From: Candidatus Poribacteria bacterium WGA-3G
GTDB taxonomy: Bacteria; Poribacteria; WGA-4E; WGA-3G
Reading direction: 5' to 3'
Assembly (NCBI GenBank): GCA_000406005.1
Contig: ASZN01000021.1
Location: forward strand, 3,309 to 67,308
DNA length: 64,000 bases
The notes under the pieces were generated by a model, which made no database searches, had not been told where the DNA came from, and worked only from the letters and a program-made list of their open reading frames with translations. Below, piece by piece: positions 57,568 to 64,000 of the stretch (position 1 is the stretch's first letter; each line of letters starts with the position of its first letter). Both the position numbers and the translations under genes were made by a program.

Positions 57568-58728
57568 TCATCTGTTGCTTCGCTTGGGACGCATATTAAA
57601 CCGCTCTGGACGATAAGATGCAAACCAATCCACTCGAACACCGTCCAAGATTTCTAACGTCGCCATTTCACCGACCAAAGGTGCCAGCGTCACACCGCTG
57701 TGCATGAGCGCAACATACAAGTTCCGCACCGCTTCAGTAAATCCGAGAACAGGAAACCCATCAAGCGGCATCGGACGATAACCGACGGGTGTCGGAATCG
57801 CCTGCGCGTCCGCTATCGTCGGCAGATAGGCTCTGGCACGGTCAAGGAGCGCATCCGCATGCTGTTGCGAGTCGTCACGATTCATCCCTTCTTGTGTTCC
57901 CTGTCCGATTCTGAGACTCCCATCAGAAAGCTGCCGGAGATGGAGATGTTGATGATTCTCATCTGTAGCCGGGGCATGGATAACCGCTACGTTGTGTAAG
58001 ACCTCAACGCAGGGGGTCGTCTTAATAACAATACCGGGACTCTGTTGTTGTGGAATCTGCACTTGGGCAAAGGAGGCCAGTTCGGTCGTCTGAACGCCGC
58101 TCGCCAAAACGACAACATCGCAAGGAAACTCGGTGTCGGCGGTTTTGACTGCGACGACGCTGTCGTCGCGAACGACAAATCCGGTAACGGCTGTCTGCGA
58201 ATGCACAACCGCACCCGCTTCACACGCACGCTGGAGACAGACATCAATAAAAGTATCGGTCTCTATATGGATATCCGCCTCGGAGAGAGACGCTGCAAGG
58301 ACATCACCGGGATCGAGATGCGGCTCAAGTGCCAACATCTCCGCACACCTGATCAAACGGCACGGATACCCCCATGTCTGGATCTGTCGGACCCGTTGAC
58401 GCAGCTGCGTTGCGCGACGCGGATGATTTTCCCACCGCATTTCGCCGCCGTAACGGATACCAATATCCGCATCAAGTTGATACGCCAACCGGTACCACAT
58501 ATCCAACGAACGGCGATTGAGTGTATGGTACTCACGCGGATCTTTGCCAAACCCGTTCACCCACGCAAAAGAGTGACCGGACGCACCCGCCCCGGGCATG
58601 TCGCGTTCCAGAAGCGTTACAGTAATACCGTCACGCCGCGATAAATGATAACCGAGCGTGGCACCTATAATACCCGCACCTACTATGACTACACTTTTCG
58701 TCTGGGAACTGTAACTTCTGTTTGACAA
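57568..58728 (-). CDS. FAD-dependent oxidoreductase (DAO family; glycine/D-amino-acid oxidase-like)
   Basis: VVIVGAGIIGATLGYHL dinucleotide-binding motif. Confidence 0.85.
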   Translation of the reverse strand: MSNRSYSSQTKSVVIVGAGIIGATLGYHLSRRDGITVTLLERDMPGAGASGHSFAWVNGFGKDPREYHTLNRRSLDMWYRLAYQLDADIGIRYGGEMRWENHPRRATQLRQRVRQIQTWGYPCRLIRCAEMLALEPHLDPGDVLAASLSEADIHIETDTFIDVCLQRACEAGAVVHSQTAVTGFVVRDDSVVAVKTADTEFPCDVVVLASGVQTTELASFAQVQIPQQQSPGIVIKTTPCVEVLHNVAVIHAPATDENHQHLHLRQLSDGSLRIGQGTQEGMNRDDSQQHADALLDRARAYLPTIADAQAIPTPVGYRPMPLDGFPVLGFTEAVRNLYVALMHSGVTLAPLVGEMATLEILDGVRVDWFASYRPERFNMRPKRSNR

Positions 58729-58766
58729 GGAACCCCTCTGCGAAACCGATTGGAAACTCCGATCAT

Positions 58767-59387
58767 CTAACGATGCACCGCGACAATAAAACCTGTTAAG
58801 CCAACAAGCAACAACTGAAAGCCGGTTTCATAAAACAGAATAAAAAATGGTTGGCAGAGCGCAATCAAACTCAATGCGATTAAGCCGACAGAAAGGCGTT
58901 CACACACGGTTTTTTCTGAAAAGACAATCGAAAAAACAATTATACCAGGAAGGAGTAGGTGTAGAGCCGTACCGCCAAGCGACGGAAAAAAAGGTTGGTA
59001 GAGGAAGATAATGCCGAGACACGCTAAGAGTGCCGAACCAATCGTCGCAACCTGCTTCGCTGCTGTCGTCATACCAAATGCAATCGCACCGGCAAACAGG
59101 AGATGAAACGCTGAACCACGCAGAATCGCGGGAATAGGGAGATAGAGAAATCCGAGTCCAATAATTAGACCAACACCAGATATAACAGCGATCCGCTGTC
59201 TGTTTTCAAAAGCAGTCCCACCGAGAATCGCAGCAATACTCAGCAGCACGAATGCGATACCTTTCAGTAGAACAGCATTCTGCGTAACAACCGGAGGCAA
59301 CAACGGAATACCATCTATATAGAGAAAAACAATACCAATAACAAAGAAGCCGATTGCAAGCAGTTGATTCCGTTTTCTTTTCGTCAT
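58767..59387 (-). CDS. polytopic membrane protein with ~5 internal repeats of a Gly-rich TM unit (hypothetical)
   Basis: Repeated units such as GGTALHLLLPGIIVFS, RGSAFHLLFAGAIAFG and TGFQLLLVGLTGFIVAV. Confidence 0.5.
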   Translation of the reverse strand: MTKRKRNQLLAIGFFVIGIVFLYIDGIPLLPPVVTQNAVLLKGIAFVLLSIAAILGGTAFENRQRIAVISGVGLIIGLGFLYLPIPAILRGSAFHLLFAGAIAFGMTTAAKQVATIGSALLACLGIIFLYQPFFPSLGGTALHLLLPGIIVFSIVFSEKTVCERLSVGLIALSLIALCQPFFILFYETGFQLLLVGLTGFIVAVHR

Positions 59388-59430
59388 AGCGATTTCTTAG
59401 TGACCTGTAGCCGTTCCCGACTAAACTTCC

Positions 59431-59895
59431 TTAATCTTTTCGTTTCAACAGACGGTCCATCCAACCCTTAGACTGTTCTTTTACTAACTGACTCCTTAAA
59501 TCCGCAATTTGTGAAGACCACTTCGCTCTCTCAACATCGAAAGATTCAATCATCTCTCGAAGCTCAGCATTTTCGGCAGCAAGTTTTTGTTTATCCGCCT
59601 CCAATTTGGCACAAGTTTCCCGGAGATACGTAATATCAATAACTTGACAACTGAGATTCTCAATAATATCATCCGTTGGCATATTATAAGAGAGTCTTTT
59701 TATCAGCGGCGCGAGTCCGTCAATCCGCAGTTGAATCTGTGGTGCTGTGGTGCCTCCAGGTTCCTCAGATGGCGCAGAGACAACCCGTAAAAACGGTTCG
59801 ATATCTGTATCTCGCCGTTCCAATGTTCGACTGATGATCCCTTCTTCCACACCTATAATTTCTGAAATCTCGGAAGGGTTCATATAGAGATCCAT
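59431..59895 (-). CDS. hypothetical protein with possible N-terminal HTH and C-terminal coiled coil
   Basis: Start trimmed to MDLYMNPSEISEIIGVEEGIISRT to avoid overlap with the upstream gene. The coiled-coil reads LEADKQKLAAENAELREMIE. Confidence 0.45.
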   Translation of the reverse strand: MDLYMNPSEISEIIGVEEGIISRTLERRDTDIEPFLRVVSAPSEEPGGTTAPQIQLRIDGLAPLIKRLSYNMPTDDIIENLSCQVIDITYLRETCAKLEADKQKLAAENAELREMIESFDVERAKWSSQIADLRSQLVKEQSKGWMDRLLKRKD

Positions 59896-59917
59896 GCTAA
59901 ATTTTCCTATAGCCACT

Positions 59918-60655
59918 TCACGAAATCCCGTCCCAATATTTCCACATATCGTCAGGGGTTTCAAACTTAATCTCGTCGAGATCTTTCCGTCGGTACCTAC
60001 TGATGAGTGCAATTCTGACGTTGCGACCGCAGTTCGGGCCCGCAGTATGACTCATCTGATGATGCCAGAAACAGACATCGCCAGCACCACCTGTGAATTC
60101 ATAACTCGGTCCTAAATCAAACGGGGCACCACCGCCGGGGAGGCTATCCAAATCGTGGTGTCTGAAATATTCCGCCCAAATTAAATGGCTCCCGGGCCAG
60201 ACGGTAAACCCACCACCTTGTTTTTCAACCGTGTCGAGATAAACGGTCGCGCCGAGTGTGAACGAACCGACGACACCTTTCGGCACACCGTTCGTAGGCG
60301 TGTGATAACCGTCAAGATGTCCCCCAGGTTCGCGCCATTCTCTGTCTGGATCCGGAAAATTGATATGCGGACCGGCACCGCCACTCGGATGTAATTTATC
60401 TTTCCCGACGAGTTCTTCCGCCATAGCGAAAACTCGGTTATTGTATGTTGTGCCCTTGATAACGTCTTCACCACCGACAGGTACCGTACGATAACCTTTA
60501 CGAATCCAAGACTCCGGGTCGTTCCTATCTTCGTCAAGTGCTTCCCAAAGCCTGTCAAGTGCAGCATCGATCGTTTCTTGTGCCAGCGCGCCGCGCACAA
60601 CCAGATAGCCGTTTTCTTTAAAGAATGTTTTGTCTGCTTCTGTTAAATACGCCAT
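59918..60655 (-). CDS. phytanoyl-CoA dioxygenase (PhyH) family protein
   Basis: F..NGYLVV N-terminus. H.D...H pattern: HLDGYH ... HTAGPN. Confidence 0.8.
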   Translation of the reverse strand: MAYLTEADKTFFKENGYLVVRGALAQETIDAALDRLWEALDEDRNDPESWIRKGYRTVPVGGEDVIKGTTYNNRVFAMAEELVGKDKLHPSGGAGPHINFPDPDREWREPGGHLDGYHTPTNGVPKGVVGSFTLGATVYLDTVEKQGGGFTVWPGSHLIWAEYFRHHDLDSLPGGGAPFDLGPSYEFTGGAGDVCFWHHQMSHTAGPNCGRNVRIALISRYRRKDLDEIKFETPDDMWKYWDGIS

Positions 60656-60930
60656 AATTTTGTTTCCCTTGCAATCTACCACGTTTAGAGAAAATTTATC
60701 CAATCAGGACTAACACTGCTTAATCAGAATCACCACTGCTGTCGCACCAATAAAAAATATAAGGGTTTCCACCGGGAACTCCGAAAAAATCTCGAACTTG
60801 CGCCAACTAAACATCGTTTTAAAAAATGCCTTCCAGCGCATCAGTCTTACCTCTAACTGCCGAAATCCACTCCGACCTGGCATTGTGAAAAGCGAGATGC
60901 TCGGACGACGCGGCGGTATCAATTATCACA

Positions 60931-62058
60931 CTATGCACGAACATCAAATCCGTTCTCTTCACGCGCTTTTTGGTAGGGTGCCTCTTCTATATTCAACCCG
61001 AAACCAGGACTTTGCGGCACATTCACATAACCGTTGGAGATGGTGTAACCAGAATCATCTATACCCGGAGTCGTCGCATGATCCCACTCAGTGAACTCAA
61101 ACCGCTCCACCTTCGCCGCAAGATGACAGGTGACAAAATTGCCGTAGTAACCACCATAGTGATGCGGTGCTGTACCGACATCAAAGGTATCCAACTCAGG
61201 TCCTAACTCAAGCCAACGCGAAAATCCCGGATGGAAAATATCGTATTGAACGATGTCAATGAGTCCATCTTTTGCCCAATTCACAAGGTGCGGTGATGCG
61301 CCACCCTCGCCATCGGCGATACGGGTTTCCAACCCTTCAGCATCTAACCACTCTTTCAACAGGCTATAGACGCGTGCATCCTCGTGGAACGCCTCTTCCA
61401 TCCAATAGACTTTTGCATCCGCAGCCCCACCCAATACCTGCTTCGTAAGATTGAGATTATAACCGTTGTTCGCATCTATCAATATCGTAGCATCGGCACC
61501 AACTGCCTCGCGGACGGCGCGGATGACATCGATGTCGCGGTGGGTGCCTTTGTCAAGTGGCATGTGCATAGCACCACGTCCGACTTTGATTTTGTAAGCG
61601 TTATGACCGCGTGCCTTTCCTTCTAATGCCTCGGAAGCGATAAGTGCCGCCGCTTCAGCATTGTCGTCAAGGTGCAAGTCATCAATGTAGAGCGAGGTGT
61701 CGTAACACGGTGCCTGAAACGCACCATCTTCGCCAGAAAGCATCGCATAGACCGGTTTTTGTGCTAACTGACCCACCAAATCCCAGAGCGGATACTCCAG
61801 CATCCTGAATCCTTCGGCGACACCACTTTCCGGATCAAACGCCTCGCTGAGCTGAAACCCGACGATAGCCGCCGCTTGATCACGCGAAATCGATGAAAAA
61901 CCGAAACCGCTCACACCATCCGTTGTCGTTAGACGAGCAATCGGCGGACGGACATGAAGCCCATGCTCACCAAGCCGAGAATTGCAACCCGCTTTGCGCG
62001 GACGCTCACCTGTTAAACGTGCCCATTCAATACGTTCAATTCTTACATTTTCTACCAT
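60931..62058 (-). CDS. enolase-superfamily (mandelate racemase/muconate lactonizing enzyme family) sugar-acid dehydratase
   Basis: Capping domain plus TIM barrel with KxK...D..E..D pattern. Confidence 0.85.
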   Translation of the reverse strand: MVENVRIERIEWARLTGERPRKAGCNSRLGEHGLHVRPPIARLTTTDGVSGFGFSSISRDQAAAIVGFQLSEAFDPESGVAEGFRMLEYPLWDLVGQLAQKPVYAMLSGEDGAFQAPCYDTSLYIDDLHLDDNAEAAALIASEALEGKARGHNAYKIKVGRGAMHMPLDKGTHRDIDVIRAVREAVGADATILIDANNGYNLNLTKQVLGGAADAKVYWMEEAFHEDARVYSLLKEWLDAEGLETRIADGEGGASPHLVNWAKDGLIDIVQYDIFHPGFSRWLELGPELDTFDVGTAPHHYGGYYGNFVTCHLAAKVERFEFTEWDHATTPGIDDSGYTISNGYVNVPQSPGFGLNIEEAPYQKAREENGFDVRA

Positions 62059-62157
62059 GTTTTAAATTTTCCTTGCGGTTAAATCAAACGGGTTTGTATT
62101 TTAGAGTCCTTTTCTGTGTATCCGCCTTCCACTTCGTTTCAGGCGACGGTTTTGATT

Positions 62158-62277
62158 AGGACTTACGCATGCTGCTCTTTTGTAGCACAAACTTCTTAGT
62201 TTGTGTCACCAGAACGCTGTGTTTTCCGAAAATTCTCATCTAACAGAACGGGCTGCAGTCAAAATTGCGTAAGTCCT
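62158..62277. mobile_element. MITE-like element copy C (full length, 120 bp)
   Basis: Differs by 1-3 nt from copy B2 and has perfect 12-bp terminal inverted repeats. Confidence 0.75.
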
Positions 62278-62323
62278 ATTGATGTTATACCATTTCTGAA
62301 AAGATGAATGTCGTACCGTACAC

Positions 62324-62833
62324 CTATAATTGGGTCTCAAGTAGCGCGAGGCTTTTCGGATCCAACTTATTATAATTCTCAATTTCATAACGGTTACCAT
62401 CTGCATCTTTAATCAGGACGCGTCCATTCTCAAGCGAATCAATATCATACCGAGTACGTAAACCGAACTGCACATCTCCTTGTGAGGTTTCAACCACCCA
62501 CTGCGTAACGCCGAACTGCCCGTCAATTGCATTGATTTTGGTAATCTTCGGCATAAAATAGCGTTTCTCTAACTCCTCAACGAGTACCTTGCGGGACTCG
62601 TGTGGCAGATGCTTTATATCCTCAATAATGCCAATCTCATTAGATTCTTCATCCATTAGAGAAACATATCGACTGGCTTCGCTTACTGGAAACGCGTAGA
62701 CCGGCTGAACTCTGGTCTGAGTCGTCCCATCTGGAAGTTGGACAACCAACTCTTCAAATGCGTTTCGCTCAATCCTAATACGGCTCGCATCAAGAAACTC
62801 TAATTCATCTGTAACCTTAATCGCTTCCTTCAT
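62324..62833 (-). CDS. hypothetical 169-aa protein encoded directly downstream of an ABC exporter (possibly DUF1854-like)
   Basis: Same strand as the ABC gene and about 95 nt from it. No motif recognised with confidence. Confidence 0.45.
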   Translation of the reverse strand: MKEAIKVTDELEFLDASRIRIERNAFEELVVQLPDGTTQTRVQPVYAFPVSEASRYVSLMDEESNEIGIIEDIKHLPHESRKVLVEELEKRYFMPKITKINAIDGQFGVTQWVVETSQGDVQFGLRTRYDIDSLENGRVLIKDADGNRYEIENYNKLDPKSLALLETQL

Positions 62834-62840
62834 GAATATG

Positions 62841-62930
62841 CCCTTCCTTCATACCACCCTTTGCAGGGTTTTTGCTTGGGTGTTTCTTCAAGGGTTTGTA
62901 ACCCCGCCATCCTACTTCAGACTGAGATTA
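62841..62930. repeat. REP-like module 'ctttgcagggtttttgcttgggtgtttcttcaagggtttgtaaccccgcc'
   Basis: Near-identical to 19107-19160. Confidence 0.55.
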
Positions 62931-64000
62931 CCATGCACGAATCTTGGACAACTCAGTCTGCTTCTCACACAAATTCGCGTAGGTGCCATCTTCGGCAATA
63001 AGCTCCTCATGCGTCCCAATTTCGTCAACCTCACCCTCTTTCAACACCACAAGCCGATCGGCATATTTAAGGGTCGATAATCTGTGTGCGATAGCAAACA
63101 CGGTCCTACCTTGAACGAGTCGCTCCAATGCCTCCTGAATCTTCGACTCCGTTTCAGTATCAACAGAAGAGGTCGCCTCATCTAAAATAAGGATGCGTGG
63201 ATTTTTTAAGATTGCGCGTGCAATAGAGATGCGTTGCCGTTCGCCACCAGAAACCCGTGCACCTCTTTCACCGACCATCGTGTCGTAACCGTCGGGGAAC
63301 TTGACAATAAAATCATGGGCATTCGCCGCTCTCGCAGCAGCAATGATCTCCCGCCGAGATGCGCCCGGTTTCGAGTACCCAATATTCTCCGCTATTGTAC
63401 CTTGGAATAGGAACGGATCCTGCAAGACCACACCGATCTGCTGACGCAGCGCCTTAACCTGGATGTCGCGACTGTCGTGACCATCAACCATGATTGTCCC
63501 ATCATTCGGGTCATAGAAACGGGTAATCAGATTGATGAGCGTGCTTTTGCCAGCACCACTATGTCCGACCAATCCTATCATTTCACCCGGTTCCACTTCA
63601 AAACTGACACCGTTGAGCGCATTCTTCTCGTTATCGTAAGAGAAATGGACATCTCTAAATTCGACAGCACCACGAATATCTCTCAGTGCCACTGCATCGT
63701 CCTTATCAGCAACGCTTGGAGGTGTATCCATAATTTCAAATACACGCTCGGCGGAAGTCCCCGCTCGGATAAACCGCTCGTTCATCTGACAGAGCGTACG
63801 CACCGGACCAAAGAATTGCATCATGTAGCCTTGGAACATAAACAGGGTACCAATGCTTAAATCGCCTTGAAAAATTTGCCAGCCGCCGACAAGCCAGATT
63901 AGGATAGAACCCGAATAGGTGATGAATTCCATAATCGGACGGTAAAGGCTCCCAAGCCTCGCAGCGTTCATCTCGCCCGTAAACACCTGATAGGTCGACT
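62928..64000 (-). CDS. ABC transporter ATP-binding/permease protein (MsbA-like exporter), 3' part; gene continues beyond the window end
   Basis: Walker A GHSGAGKST, signature LSGGERQRISIAR, Walker B ILILDEATS. The TMD continues upstream. Confidence 0.9.
   Translation of the reverse strand, partial: STYQVFTGEMNAARLGSLYRPIMEFITYSGSILIWLVGGWQIFQGDLSIGTLFMFQGYMMQFFGPVRTLCQMNERFIRAGTSAERVFEIMDTPPSVADKDDAVALRDIRGAVEFRDVHFSYDNEKNALNGVSFEVEPGEMIGLVGHSGAGKSTLINLITRFYDPNDGTIMVDGHDSRDIQVKALRQQIGVVLQDPFLFQGTIAENIGYSKPGASRREIIAAARAANAHDFIVKFPDGYDTMVGERGARVSGGERQRISIARAILKNPRILILDEATSSVDTETESKIQEALERLVQGRTVFAIAHRLSTLKYADRLVVLKEGEVDEIGTHEELIAEDGTYANLCEKQTELSKIRAW

Overview
This 64-kb window reads as a chromosomal segment from an uncultivated Gram-negative-type bacterium. 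The standard genetic code appears to be in use, because TGA is a real stop in rsgA and in the M28 peptidase gene. I support about 60 protein-coding genes on both strands. Housekeeping genes include infA, rsgA, obg, proB, proA, tilS, hpt, nfo, rfbB, murJ and copZ. A large complement of sugar and sugar-acid catabolic oxidoreductases is present: five Gfo/Idh/MocA, two enolase-superfamily dehydratases, three PhyH dioxygenases, two aldo/keto reductases and two zinc alcohol dehydrogenases. Regulators include an OmpR-family response regulator, a sigma-54 activator and a protein with only sigma-70 region 4. Cell-wall enzymes include a LysM/M23 peptidase and an SLT transglycosylase. There is a tandem cluster of three paralogous secreted proteins. 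Three tRNA genes lie together at 40.7-43.6 kb: tRNA-Leu(UAA), initiator tRNA-fMet and a second CAU tRNA directly upstream of tilS. The most striking feature is that the tRNA-Leu(UAA) gene is split in its anticodon loop, between U34 and A35, by a 2.4-kb group II intron that encodes a 597-aa reverse transcriptase/maturase/HNH protein. The second notable feature is a 517-codon reading frame (6067..7620) interrupted by one in-frame TGA. The TGA sits at the predicted redox motif of a thioredoxin-fold (DUF255/YyaL-like) domain and is followed 17 nt later by a hairpin with a GGUC apical loop, so this is a candidate selenoprotein. The window also carries a family of about 120-bp MITE-like elements with 12-bp terminal inverted repeats (AGGACTTACGCA...TGCGTAAGTCCT). 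There are three near-identical copies, one with a flanking duplication and one as a partial tandem duplication, plus diverged relatives. Two families of REP-like palindromes are scattered through intergenic DNA. A nucleotidyltransferase-HEPN fusion gene is inserted between proB and proA, and a PIN-toxin pair and an orphan gamma-class N6-adenine methyltransferase-like gene are also present. Coordinates for the non-ORF features were counted by hand and may be off by 1-2 nt.
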